Part shown: piece by piece, positions 31,391 to 41,130 of the stretch
How positions within the stretch are numbered: the stretch's first letter is position 1
Layout: every line of letters begins with the position of its first letter
Assembly (NCBI GenBank): GCA_016185545.1
Contig: JACPNJ010000003.1
Span: 2,567 to 66,566 of the forward strand
Direction: 5' to 3'
DNA length: 64,000 nucleotides
DNA from: Candidatus Yanofskybacteria bacterium
GTDB lineage: Bacteria; Patescibacteriota; Minisyncoccia; 2-02-FULL-40-12; IGHO2-01-FULL-4-A
Notes under the pieces: generated by a model
The model's input: the letters and a program-made list of their open reading frames with translations, nothing else
What the model was told of the DNA's origin: nothing
Databases searched by the model: none
Program-made: the position numbers and the translations under genes

Positions 31391-31425
31391 AAACAACCAC
31401 GGTCTAAAGCCGTGGTTGTTTTAAT
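31391..31425. terminator. hairpin aaacaaccacggtctaaagccgtggttgtttt
   Basis: Perfect 13-bp stem, flanked by A/T runs. Confidence 0.55.
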
Positions 31426-31531
31426 GATTATTAATCTTTATTATTGTTTCAAATAGATACTTGCGAGTTTATGTCCGTGGTGTTTTGCCAAAGAATATAA
31501 AACTATTTCTACAACTGCCGCCAATTTCCAA

Positions 31532-32551
31532 TTAAAACCAAGGTGTGATTATCTTTTCAATCATCTTTCTAATTATCCCCTTTTCTGTTCTATTCTGGTT
31601 CGACTCCAAAGAGTTGTAATTGATAAATCCTGAATTAACAACTTCATCAAGCTCAATACGGGTTATTATTCCCCAGTGTAAATTTGGTATTGGTTCATAA
31701 GAAGAAAGGATTCTTTGATTTTTTGGACCAAATGAAATCTCTGTTCCGGATTGACCGGAAATGACTTTTTGCACTTCTGTTCTTGAAGAGTAATCGGCTA
31801 TTGCGCCTTGGGGCGGTATTTCCGGATGAGCAACTATGTGTCCGCGTTGGTCAATAATAAAGGAGAGGCCGCTATTACCAAATTTTAATTCTTTAAGCCA
31901 TTCTAAAAAAACATCAGTTTTAATTTGCAAGGTCATGAATCCTAGGGTAATATTTTTACTATTAAAAATCGGGAAGGCCAATATAATAACATTAAAATTA
32001 GGCCTCTCGGTTCTTTCGAATACTTCAGAAACGTATGGCTTGAAATCTGTTGCAACGCCGCGATACCAATCTCTGAAAGCAAAATTTTTACCACGCACTT
32101 CTTTATCTTCCGGGATATTAGCTTGCAGGGTGCCGGATACATCGAAAAGATCAATTTTATCAACGCTGTTTTGGGGAATTTCTTCAAGTATTCCGGATGC
32201 TAGATTTATGGCATCTTGCCATTTCCCTTGCTGGATAAGCTGAATGAGTTCTCTTTTGTCGGCATAAAAAGAACCGACTGTTAACAGGGTATCTATTTGT
32301 TTTTTTACTACCTGCGCCGTCAACACTGCAATTGTTTCGTTCTTTTTAATGATATGTCCGCTGATTTCCAAATTGGATATGTTTTGTGCAGTTTTACATT
32401 TAACAGTAAGCCCGCATTTATTCAGCCACCAGAAAAAACCTGACGCTAAAATAAAAAACACGATCAGCAAAATAAGGGCTGAACTAAAAGTCAAATAGCG
32501 TTTCTTGCCATTTTCTGATTCTGATAGCTGATTGCTGTCTAGATACTCCAA
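31532..32551 (-). CDS. membrane-anchored Cache-like extracytoplasmic sensor domain protein (no output domain)
   Basis: N-terminal transmembrane helix plus about 280-aa periplasmic-type domain; assignment by pattern only. Confidence 0.4.
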   Translation of the reverse strand: MEYLDSNQLSESENGKKRYLTFSSALILLIVFFILASGFFWWLNKCGLTVKCKTAQNISNLEISGHIIKKNETIAVLTAQVVKKQIDTLLTVGSFYADKRELIQLIQQGKWQDAINLASGILEEIPQNSVDKIDLFDVSGTLQANIPEDKEVRGKNFAFRDWYRGVATDFKPYVSEVFERTERPNFNVIILAFPIFNSKNITLGFMTLQIKTDVFLEWLKELKFGNSGLSFIIDQRGHIVAHPEIPPQGAIADYSSRTEVQKVISGQSGTEISFGPKNQRILSSYEPIPNLHWGIITRIELDEVVNSGFINYNSLESNQNRTEKGIIRKMIEKIITPWF

Positions 32552-32808
32552 GCTATTAAAAATTATGGACTACGTCTTTAATTATAGTATAACAAATAGT
32601 TGTAAAAAGTGCAGTCCTTCGGAAGTTAACAATACATTCAAATTATTGCTAAAGCCTGGCGGTTTTGCCCGGAAGGTTGAGACGAGAGGCATTAAGGATG
32701 TTAATTCTTACCATCCTAACCTGATTAACTCGACATAGCGACAAACCCTTAAATTATAGGGATTGTCGGGCTTTTTTACTCAATCTTACCCCCGCTATTC
32801 AATCGGTG

Positions 32809-32880
32809 TGGACCGAAGGGGATTTGAACCCCTGACCCCTGCAATGCGAATGCAGTGCTCTACCACTGAGCTATCGGCCC
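32809..32880 (-). tRNA. tRNA-Ala (anticodon CGC)
   Basis: RC gggccgatagctcagtggtagagcactgcattcgcattgcaggggtcaggggttcaaatccccttcggtcca; G3:U70; anticodon loop ttCGCat. Confidence 0.85.
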
Positions 32881-32914
32881 TTAGATAAAATAATAATACA
32901 TTTTCAGCTGATTT

Positions 32915-33655
32915 TCAGCAACTAAAATCCGCGTTTTTGGCGGATTGTTTTGCTTTGGGAAATACGACTATATGGTAACAAATATTTTCCTCAATCGGGT
33001 CTATTTCAAACTCAATGCCATTTATTTTATCGGCAATCAATCTTTTTCTCATCCATCTGATTTCACTTGATTTCATTCCCTTGCGTGAAATATCAATTGC
33101 GATTCCTCTAACGTGTAATGATTCTTCAAGCGGACCAGCCGCTTGGGCAGCATTGGGCGTGTAATAACACGAGCCTTTGGTCCTCATTAACTTATGCTCT
33201 TCCAAACTTCTGGTACCCGAAGTAATTTTAAATTTTTTCTTCTTAAATTCTAAGGAATGATCCGTAGCCAGTTTATCTAAAAACTCTTTTACCCAAGGAT
33301 AAGTAAAAACTCTATTCGGTTTCGGAGCACAATTTATAACAGTTCTTTTCCCCTTAACTCGCTGAATTATTTTCCACGGTTTAGTTTCGGTTCCTCTCTC
33401 AATAAAGTAATTATCGCCGTTCGTCAGCTCCACCAAAATTTTTTCCTGAATTAATCTGGCCAATATTACATCGTTCGCTATTTGGTTTATGCCCAAATTT
33501 TCTGCCCGCAGGTTTTGTCCTATTCTTTGTTCGGTTGAACCTTTTAATTCCAATGGCGCTGTTTCTCTGGCCCTTCCCCCGCTTTGGGCAGTAACGGCGC
33601 GCGGATTCACAACGGCTTGAATCAAAATAATCAGAATGAATATTTTTACTTTCAT
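32915..33655 (-). CDS. secreted peptidase M15-like (VanY / D-Ala-D-Ala carboxypeptidase superfamily) protein
   Basis: Signal peptide MKVKIFILIILIQAV; SGTRS...EH...HVRGIAIDIS motif pattern. Confidence 0.45.
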   Translation of the reverse strand: MKVKIFILIILIQAVVNPRAVTAQSGGRARETAPLELKGSTEQRIGQNLRAENLGINQIANDVILARLIQEKILVELTNGDNYFIERGTETKPWKIIQRVKGKRTVINCAPKPNRVFTYPWVKEFLDKLATDHSLEFKKKKFKITSGTRSLEEHKLMRTKGSCYYTPNAAQAAGPLEESLHVRGIAIDISRKGMKSSEIRWMRKRLIADKINGIEFEIDPIEENICYHIVVFPKAKQSAKNADFSC

Positions 33656-33754
33656 GTCTGCCTCGCAAAAAATATTTTCAAGGTTCAAAAATTAAGTTTA
33701 TTTAACCATTTTTCGCGCTAACATCCAAACACGAATTTATGTTATTATAAAAAC

Positions 33755-34153
33755 ATGATTGTTATTGATTATTTATACTGGCACTACGTCATTGCCCCAA
33801 TGGGTATTTTGGGGCTGCTCAAAAATTACCTGATCGGCACATGGCATATGTTTCTGATTGCCACTCATTTTAGAACCTTGCTTGCGCCCTGGCATCGCGC
33901 CAGACCGTCGGAATTTGGAAAATCTAAAACTTTCGGCGATAAAATTTTGAATACCATAATAGATTTTTATATCAGGATAATAGCTGCCATTATACGACTG
34001 ATTGTCATTCTAATTGGCCTCATTGCCGAACTCGCTGTTGTAGCCGTGTTTATTACCTTGCTAATTGTCTGGCTTTTGTGGCCGGTGATTTTGCTTTCAT
34101 TATTCAGAAAAGGGTTGTGGCTAATTTTTAGTGAACCGTACGTACGTATGTAA
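33755..34153 (+). CDS. hypothetical integral membrane protein (132 aa)
   Basis: ORF track; 3-4 transmembrane helices. Confidence 0.45.
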   Translation: MIVIDYLYWHYVIAPMGILGLLKNYLIGTWHMFLIATHFRTLLAPWHRARPSEFGKSKTFGDKILNTIIDFYIRIIAAIIRLIVILIGLIAELAVVAVFITLLIVWLLWPVILLSLFRKGLWLIFSEPYVRM

Positions 34154-34209
34154 TTATACCGACATCGAATGTCCTATAGGACATTCGATGTCAAGAAATT
34201 AAAATTACA

Positions 34210-36684
34210 ATGGAATTTGACCTAAAAAAATCCCGAATCTATAAAGCTGTGAGTTTCTCAAAACTTCTGGTGTTCGGCCCCTTGAAATTGTGGCGTGTTT
34301 TATTTTTGATTATCGGTTTCGGTTTCATGGTAATTTCTACCATCTTTTATGCTTTGGATAAATTTGATATTTCCGAAATTTTCGTGGATAGCTCTCCCCT
34401 GTTTGGTTTAGCTTATATTTTTGCGCCGCTTGGTTTCTTTGTTTTATTTTTAGAGATATTTTTTAACTATCGCCTTAAGTACCCGAGGATCAGGGATGAA
34501 AATAATCTTGCCGAGTTTTTGGATTTTGACGCGGCGATGGTCTTGGATGGAGTAAATTCAACCGATGGCCTTCTTCTCAAAATCAGCAGTTACGCTCCGG
34601 CTGAAAATATTTTGATAAGAATGGGAATTAGCCCCGGCCAATTAAAGGAGCACGTGGAAAAAACAGCCGGCGTCAATTCATCTGAAGAGATGATCGCGCT
34701 TTTAACCGATGCTTATAATACCGGCATCAAGAAAAAGCATGAAAATAAACGCATTACCATAATGGATTTATTCATCTCTCTTTTTGACTATAACTCCGCC
34801 TTCAGACAATTAGCCATTGACTACAATCTGGACAAGGACGACCTGAATTTTCTGGCAACCTGGTATGAGTCTGATGCCGAATATTTCAGAAAAATAAAAA
34901 TGTTCTGGCGGCTTGAAAATCTATTACGCCGGTCACCGATTGGCATCGGTTGGATTTATGGTTACTCCCGGTATCTGCAACGCTTTACCACTGACCTTAC
35001 CGGCCAATTCCAAAAAAGACAATCGGAAATCAAGCTCATTGGCCGCCAAAAAACTATTGACCACATAGAGCAAGTCTTGGCTCGCTCCGGACAAAATAAT
35101 ATTTTACTGGTCGGCGAACCGGGGGTCGGCAAACGGACGGTTATTATGGGTTTTGCGGAAATGATTGCCGCGGGCAAAGCTTTGCCTGCGCTTAATTATA
35201 AAAGAGTGTTTAAACTGAATGTGCCGCTTATAACTTCTTCGTCTAAAGATGTTGCCGAAGTCCAAAATACTCTCATCTCTCTTTTGAACGAAGCGGTTAA
35301 AGCTGGCAATATAGTTTTGGTTATAGATGATTTCCACAATTTCATCGGAGCGCTGGGTGGCATGGGGAGGACAGATATCTCGCAAATCCTCATCCCCTAC
35401 CTTGAGTCAACAAAAATTCAAATTATCGCCACGACTGATCCTGTAAATTTTCATAAACATATGGAATCGCGGGCTGAAATTCTCAAGGTTTTTGAAAAAG
35501 TTGACGTTGAGGAACCAGACATTGCCGAGACTATGAGAATAATTGAGGAACTCGTGCCGTCGATTGAAGTCAGAAATAAAGTATTTTTAACCTACGGCGC
35601 GATAAAAAATATTGTGGAAGGATCCGACCGTTATATCAAAACCGCGCCGATGCCGGAAAAAGCCATTGATTTACTGGCGGAAGTCGTTAGCCGCGCCGGT
35701 TCGCATAAAAAACCGGTTATTTTCCCGCAAGACGTAGATGAAACAATTACGCTTAAAACAGAAATTCCGCTTGGCGGTATTGGCGAAAGCGAAAAAGAAA
35801 AATTGATAAATCTTGAATCCGAGATGCATAAAAAAATCATCGGCCAAGATATGGCAATAAAAGCGGTTGTTCAAACAATGCAGCGATTGCGCGCCGGTTT
35901 AGTCAGACGCAACAAGCCGGCGGGAGTATTTTTGTTCGCCGGACCAACCGGTGTCGGTAAAACTCTGACCGCCAAAATGCTTGCCAAAATTTACTTCGGC
36001 TCACCGGATAAAATGCTCCGTTTTAACATGTCAGAATACCAGGACATCGAGTCTCTTGATAGATTCTTGGGTTCGCTTCGCATCAATGAGCCCGGGCAAT
36101 TGGCATCGCAAGTCCGCGATAATCCATTCTCTTTGATATTGCTTGATGAGATAGAAAAGGCGCACAAAAATATTTTAAATATTTTCTTAGCTATATTTGA
36201 CGAAGGCCAAATGACTGATGTTTTCGGACGCAAAGTAAGTTTTGAACAAAATATCATTATCGCAACATCCAATGCCGCCGCCGATCTCATACGCGATATG
36301 GTCAATAAAGGATTTGACCCATCGGCGCAAAAAGAAAAAATTATAGACGCGCTGGTTAGCGGACGATATTTCAGCCCTGAATTATTAAACAGGTTTGACG
36401 AAATAGTCGTTTTCCATCCGCTTAACAAGGAACAGGTGCGCCAAATAGCGGAGCTGCTCATCGGCAGTTTGGCTGAACGCCTGCGCGAACAAGGTTACTT
36501 CTACAAACCAACGCCGGAAATAGTTGATTTCGTCGCGCTTAAGGGTTTTGACCCGCAATTCGGCGCTCGCCCGATGCAAAGAGTAATACAAGACAAATTG
36601 GAAACAGTAATCGCCCGTAAAATTCTTGAAAGCACAATCCAGAAAGGCACGGAATTCAGATTAGAAGTTGGCGAATTAGAATAA
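34210..36684 (+). CDS. Clp/Hsp100-family AAA+ ATPase (ClpC/ClpB-like, two nucleotide-binding domains) with an unusual N-terminal pair of transmembrane helices
   Basis: Walker A GEPGVGKRT and GPTGVGKT, Walker B LLDEIEKAH, sensor GARPMQR; residues 20-90 strongly hydrophobic. Confidence 0.8.
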   Translation: MEFDLKKSRIYKAVSFSKLLVFGPLKLWRVLFLIIGFGFMVISTIFYALDKFDISEIFVDSSPLFGLAYIFAPLGFFVLFLEIFFNYRLKYPRIRDENNLAEFLDFDAAMVLDGVNSTDGLLLKISSYAPAENILIRMGISPGQLKEHVEKTAGVNSSEEMIALLTDAYNTGIKKKHENKRITIMDLFISLFDYNSAFRQLAIDYNLDKDDLNFLATWYESDAEYFRKIKMFWRLENLLRRSPIGIGWIYGYSRYLQRFTTDLTGQFQKRQSEIKLIGRQKTIDHIEQVLARSGQNNILLVGEPGVGKRTVIMGFAEMIAAGKALPALNYKRVFKLNVPLITSSSKDVAEVQNTLISLLNEAVKAGNIVLVIDDFHNFIGALGGMGRTDISQILIPYLESTKIQIIATTDPVNFHKHMESRAEILKVFEKVDVEEPDIAETMRIIEELVPSIEVRNKVFLTYGAIKNIVEGSDRYIKTAPMPEKAIDLLAEVVSRAGSHKKPVIFPQDVDETITLKTEIPLGGIGESEKEKLINLESEMHKKIIGQDMAIKAVVQTMQRLRAGLVRRNKPAGVFLFAGPTGVGKTLTAKMLAKIYFGSPDKMLRFNMSEYQDIESLDRFLGSLRINEPGQLASQVRDNPFSLILLDEIEKAHKNILNIFLAIFDEGQMTDVFGRKVSFEQNIIIATSNAAADLIRDMVNKGFDPSAQKEKIIDALVSGRYFSPELLNRFDEIVVFHPLNKEQVRQIAELLIGSLAERLREQGYFYKPTPEIVDFVALKGFDPQFGARPMQRVIQDKLETVIARKILESTIQKGTEFRLEVGELE

Positions 36685-36709
36685 AAAACCGCCTTTTCCA
36701 AAAGCGGAG

Positions 36710-38299
36710 TTAAATGACAATCTCGTGCGCGCGCAACATCATCCGTATTTTTTCAATATCCGGCTGAAGGGGGCGGTCATTGGCGAGGTACCGGACTTGG
36801 CTGCGGATTTGCTCATAGATTTCTTTTGTTTTTGGAGCAAGAGTTTTTCGCGCTTTTCCAGCTCCGCCATTCCGCTTATCCACGGCTTGCGTAAGAATAA
36901 TTAATGTTGCGGCAAGAAGTCTCCTATACTCTTCGTTAAGTTCAAGTGCGCGTTCTGCTGATGCAAACCCGAAGCTTACCACATCCTGATTATTTGATTC
37001 GGTGGCCCGGCGGTGAATACTCATGGGACCCGCAAGAAAACAAATTTTTCCGAAAACATCCGTGGTGCCGATATCAACACCCTTGAAACCGCTATTAAAC
37101 CCGGGCTGTGTCCCCGCAAGACTCGCGCCCAATTTGCGGTTATATTTCTCATTGAGCAAACGCGATTTCAGGGCATGCAAGAGGTCGGCAATATTGAACA
37201 TGGCAAGCTTTAAAATATCCATTCCCAGCGCTACGTAGAAACCTGAAAAATTACCGGTATGATGCACTTTCATTTGTTTGAGATCGGTAATGGGATTGTC
37301 ATTAGCCGAGTTCATTTCCCGGGTAATCCATGGGCGAACGACTTTTTCTACAAGTTCTAATGTGGGACCTAAAATTTGAGGCGCGCAGCGGATGGAATAA
37401 GGATCTTGCAGCTCTATATCGGTTTCTTTTACGTGTTTGGAGTCTTTAGCAATCCAGGAAACTTTAGCCCGAAGTTCGTCAATATCTTTAGTCAAACTGC
37501 TGCCACGGAGGCAATCATTTAAAACGTGTGCCGCATAACTTTGCCCTTGATGGTTTTTCACCTTGTGGACAAATTCATCAAGATGGTCGGTCATGCCTTC
37601 CAGCGCTTCAGTGGCTAACGCCTCGCAAAATATCGAAAGCGTTAAAAGATACTCCGCGTCATAAACCGCAAGCGCCGCCATTGCGGTTGAAACCGATGTG
37701 CCATTGACGATTGACAGACCCTCTTTTTCTTCCAAGACAAGGGGACTGATTTTTAATTGGCTGAATACCTTGGCTGTTTTTCGTATCCGTCCTTTATGCC
37801 AAACCCCGCCCTTTCCCTGAATAACCTGGGCGATAGAAGCAAGTGGTACCAGATCGCCACTGGCACAGACCGAACCGTCCTCATACATAACCGGAATTAC
37901 ATCTTCATTAAGAAGTTGTATTATTTTTTGAATTTTATCCAAACCGATAGCGGAACAACCGTCTTTAACAAGCGAATTGACACGCAATAACATTGCGCCC
38001 CTGGAAATCTCTGGTGATAATTCTCTGCCTATACCGCAGGAAAGTGAATCTATAAGCCGTGGCTGAAATGCTTTGCGTTTTTCTTTTGGAATAATTTTGC
38101 CCACATTCGCGCCAACTCCCATGCCATCACCGTAGGCAAGTATTCCGCTTTCCAGATAAAACCGCCTGCTTTCCTCTATAAGCCGCAGGATTTGCGGGTC
38201 GTCAGTAAGAACAGTAAAAACCTTGCGCTGTGCGACTCCGGCAACATCCTTAATGGTCAAGTTGTTTCCGTCAACAATTACTTCTTCCGGAAAATTCAT
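36710..38299 (-). CDS. aromatic amino acid ammonia-lyase / aminomutase family enzyme (HAL/PAL/TAL, MIO cofactor Ala-Ser-Gly)
   Basis: GSVCASGDLVPLASIA (MIO-forming ASG triad) and NQDVVSFG motif; 529 aa. Confidence 0.75.
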   Translation of the reverse strand: MNFPEEVIVDGNNLTIKDVAGVAQRKVFTVLTDDPQILRLIEESRRFYLESGILAYGDGMGVGANVGKIIPKEKRKAFQPRLIDSLSCGIGRELSPEISRGAMLLRVNSLVKDGCSAIGLDKIQKIIQLLNEDVIPVMYEDGSVCASGDLVPLASIAQVIQGKGGVWHKGRIRKTAKVFSQLKISPLVLEEKEGLSIVNGTSVSTAMAALAVYDAEYLLTLSIFCEALATEALEGMTDHLDEFVHKVKNHQGQSYAAHVLNDCLRGSSLTKDIDELRAKVSWIAKDSKHVKETDIELQDPYSIRCAPQILGPTLELVEKVVRPWITREMNSANDNPITDLKQMKVHHTGNFSGFYVALGMDILKLAMFNIADLLHALKSRLLNEKYNRKLGASLAGTQPGFNSGFKGVDIGTTDVFGKICFLAGPMSIHRRATESNNQDVVSFGFASAERALELNEEYRRLLAATLIILTQAVDKRNGGAGKARKTLAPKTKEIYEQIRSQVRYLANDRPLQPDIEKIRMMLRAHEIVI

Positions 38300-39813
38300 A
38301 AAGCCTCCGATTTTCGCAGTTCTTTTTTGAGAATCTTACCAGTGGGCGTTTTGGGAATTTGTTCAACAAATCTCACTCCGCCCAGCCGATAATAGCCGGG
38401 AAATTTATTTTCCACCGCATTTATAATTTCCGCTTCGGCGGGCGCGGGACTACCGGCCACTAGATACGCAAACGGCATTTCACCCTTTTCCTTATCCGGC
38501 ACGCCGATAATGCCAACGTCTTTTATCCGTTCCCCAAAATGAGTATTGATGAACTTCTCCATTTCTCGCGGCCAAACGGAGAATCCACTGACTTTAATCC
38601 GGTCGTTTTTCCGGTCAACAATTCTTAAATACCCCGCCCCGTCAATTATTCCAATATCGCCGGTAAAAAACCAGCCGTTTCGTATCGCCTCGCGTGTCGT
38701 TTCGGTATCGTCAAAATACCCTTGGAATACATTTGGTCCTCTTACAATTATCTCACCGGTTTCGCCGGAGCCAAGTTTTATGCCACCCTCATCAACGATT
38801 CCGATTTCCACGCCATTAATCGGCGTACCCACGCTTCCGGGAACATAGCGGGTTTCATGATTGTACGTGGCAAACGGAGAGGTTTCGGTAAGTCCCCAAC
38901 CTTCCCAGATTTGCCGGCCGTATTTTCCAATCCATGCCAGCGCTATTTCTTCAGGCATAGTGTCTGCCGCGGTAAAAAAGTACCGGACGGTTTCAAATGG
39001 TCTTATGTCCTTAAGATTAAGAAGCGCCCGGTAATTCGGCGGAATAGAGAAAAACATCGTAACAGAATTCAAAACCAATGATTCCAATATCTCATTGGGC
39101 ATAAACCGCTTGTGCAAAATGAGCGTGCCCAGCGCGTTAAAAATCGCGTTCATTACAAAATTTTGGCCGAAGCAATGGAACAATGGAAGAAAACACATTA
39201 CACGGTCATAGTTCCGCATGCCTGTATATCTCCGCACGGCTTGGATGTTGGAAACGACATTGCCGTGCGAAAGTATAGCGCCTTTTTGTTCTCCCGTCGT
39301 GCCGGAAGTATAAAGAATAAACGCCGGATCGTCCGGCTGGAGTTCGCATTTCGGAGGAACGATATCATGATTCAACATTTCCCAAAGATTTAGACATTGC
39401 TTTGAAGGAGAGTCTCCTATCACCACGATTTTCTCAAGATTGCACGCGCTCAAAGCGAATGACGCTTCGCCCCAAAGCTCCTCGCAAGTAACCAATACTT
39501 TCACCCTTGAACGCTCTATGTATTTGCCAACCCCCTCGCTTTTCAAGGCAGAACTTAAAAGTACGGGAACGGCTCCGATGCGCAACGCGCCATAGGTAAC
39601 TATCGGATATTCCAACATATTGGGAAGAAAAACCGCCACTCTGTCCCCCTTTTTCACGCCCAGTCGGGCCAAACCACCGCTAAATCTCTCTGCGTAACCG
39701 AAAAGTTGCCTATAGTTTAGCGTATAAAAATTACCGCTGGCTTCCTGAAAACGTAACGCGTCTTTTGCCGGATAATGTTTTACGGCCCGCTCTAAAACAT
39801 CAAAAAGGTTCAT
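38296..39813 (-). CDS. AMP-dependent acyl-CoA / aryl-CoA ligase (adenylate-forming enzyme)
   Basis: YTSGTTGEQKG, GWGLTE, GDIG..DGAGYLRIVDRKND motifs; 4-bp overlap with the ammonia-lyase gene. Confidence 0.8.
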   Translation of the reverse strand: MNLFDVLERAVKHYPAKDALRFQEASGNFYTLNYRQLFGYAERFSGGLARLGVKKGDRVAVFLPNMLEYPIVTYGALRIGAVPVLLSSALKSEGVGKYIERSRVKVLVTCEELWGEASFALSACNLEKIVVIGDSPSKQCLNLWEMLNHDIVPPKCELQPDDPAFILYTSGTTGEQKGAILSHGNVVSNIQAVRRYTGMRNYDRVMCFLPLFHCFGQNFVMNAIFNALGTLILHKRFMPNEILESLVLNSVTMFFSIPPNYRALLNLKDIRPFETVRYFFTAADTMPEEIALAWIGKYGRQIWEGWGLTETSPFATYNHETRYVPGSVGTPINGVEIGIVDEGGIKLGSGETGEIIVRGPNVFQGYFDDTETTREAIRNGWFFTGDIGIIDGAGYLRIVDRKNDRIKVSGFSVWPREMEKFINTHFGERIKDVGIIGVPDKEKGEMPFAYLVAGSPAPAEAEIINAVENKFPGYYRLGGVRFVEQIPKTPTGKILKKELRKSEAL

Positions 39814-39863
39814 GGAAAAACCTCCTGAATTATTTGTAAAAGTTCAAGAATTTCAAGGTCAAG

Positions 39864-40685
39864 CTATCTCTTTTTTACTTCCCAGTCAAGATGCATTTTG
39901 GGAAGCATCATCTCCGGCCGCCAGGTTTTTTTGAGTTCATTTATGTTTTGAGAAAGCTGGTATTTGCCGCCCTCGCCGACATAGTCAAGTGTTTTCACCC
40001 CGTTAGAAGTAGCCTCGCCGAGGTCCTTCGGACTCGTCCCGTTAGAGAGCGTGAACGCCCTAGACTTGCCGTCAATCACATTTTTCTTATCTTGCCTAGA
40101 CTCTCTAACGGGACGAGCGAGACTTCTAACGGGGTGAACCGTAAGCGGAGCAACTTCATAAAATACCATCTGTGCGATACGTCTGCTGACGACAAGAGGA
40201 ATAGTATAGTGTTTGGAATTGTTTGTAACCTCCATCGTCCAACGGTTAAAATAGCCCACATCTCCCCAGCCGGCATCCTTGCACACTTCAATAAAATTGC
40301 GCCCCAAAGAAGACCGCGCGTACATTTTGGCCACGCAAATATCGCGTCCACCTATGAATTCCTGCGTGTGCGCCAAAATTGTTTCGCCTGGAGCAAGAAG
40401 AATCACTCGTGCTTTGTTGGGAATGTTTTTAAATTCTGCGGCAAGACGTTTGCTGATGACACCGGCTGGCTCGGCGCGGAACGGCCCCTGCCAGACGTTG
40501 CTTGTTGAACTGGCATCGTAAATATTGTGGATGGTCGCCCGGCCAGCTGGATGACCTTCGCGCCAAAACCACTCGCCCAGAGTTACGTCATAGCTTGTTG
40601 TTTTGAGCTGTTTTTTATTGAACGGCTCAATCACAATTGTTCCCTGTCGTAAATGATTTAAAATTTTATTTTGCGATAAAAGCAT
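39864..40685 (-). CDS. dcd: dCTP deaminase/dUTPase-fold protein with about 90-aa C-terminal extension
   Basis: SYDVTLGEWF, LAPGETILAHTQE, DAGWGDVGYFNRWTMEVTN match Dcd blocks. Confidence 0.65.
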   Translation of the reverse strand: MLLSQNKILNHLRQGTIVIEPFNKKQLKTTSYDVTLGEWFWREGHPAGRATIHNIYDASSTSNVWQGPFRAEPAGVISKRLAAEFKNIPNKARVILLAPGETILAHTQEFIGGRDICVAKMYARSSLGRNFIEVCKDAGWGDVGYFNRWTMEVTNNSKHYTIPLVVSRRIAQMVFYEVAPLTVHPVRSLARPVRESRQDKKNVIDGKSRAFTLSNGTSPKDLGEATSNGVKTLDYVGEGGKYQLSQNINELKKTWRPEMMLPKMHLDWEVKKR

Positions 40686-40717
40686 GGGTTTAAGAGATTA
40701 ACTTTGTCGGAAATATT

Positions 40718-40898
40718 AAACTTTGCTCTAACTTATTTTACCGAAAAACTCTGAAAGAGGAAAGCGGCACGCCATAGACGTGCCGCACTGTCTCTAAAAA
40801 TCACTCAGACGGCTCGGCATTCCTCCCCCCAACCCCTTCCTGCCGAGCCGTCCTCGCTAGTGAGGGATATTTTTGATTGGACGGAGTTAGATTTCGGG
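40718..40898 (+). repeat. IR-A (181 bp), inverted partner at 43523-43703
   Basis: RC of 43523-43703 is nearly identical (aaactttgctctaacttattttaccgaaaaactctgaaagaggaaagcggcacgcc...gattggacggagttagatttcggg). Confidence 0.8.
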
Positions 40899-41130
40899 CC
40901 TTTATTTATCACTGTTTTTATGTTAAAGTTTTTACATTGACAACTTGATTGCCTAACCCTCGTGGCTTGTCTGCGAGATATGGCACAAAAAATCCCATCC
41001 CTGATACCGAACCCCTCGTTCAGCGACTCAGGGATGGGTCATACTCGAAAGGGTATGTGGACCGAGAGGTCCTACGCTAGCAGGGGGCTTTGTGTTCCCG
41101 CAAGCGGCATAGGTTTTACCCATCCCTACT

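Noticed and set aside
39891-40521. Plus-strand ORFs 39891-40508 and 40279-40521
   Set aside because: Antisense to the well-supported dCTP-deaminase-fold gene; Arg/Pro-rich translations typical of GC-skewed shadow frames.
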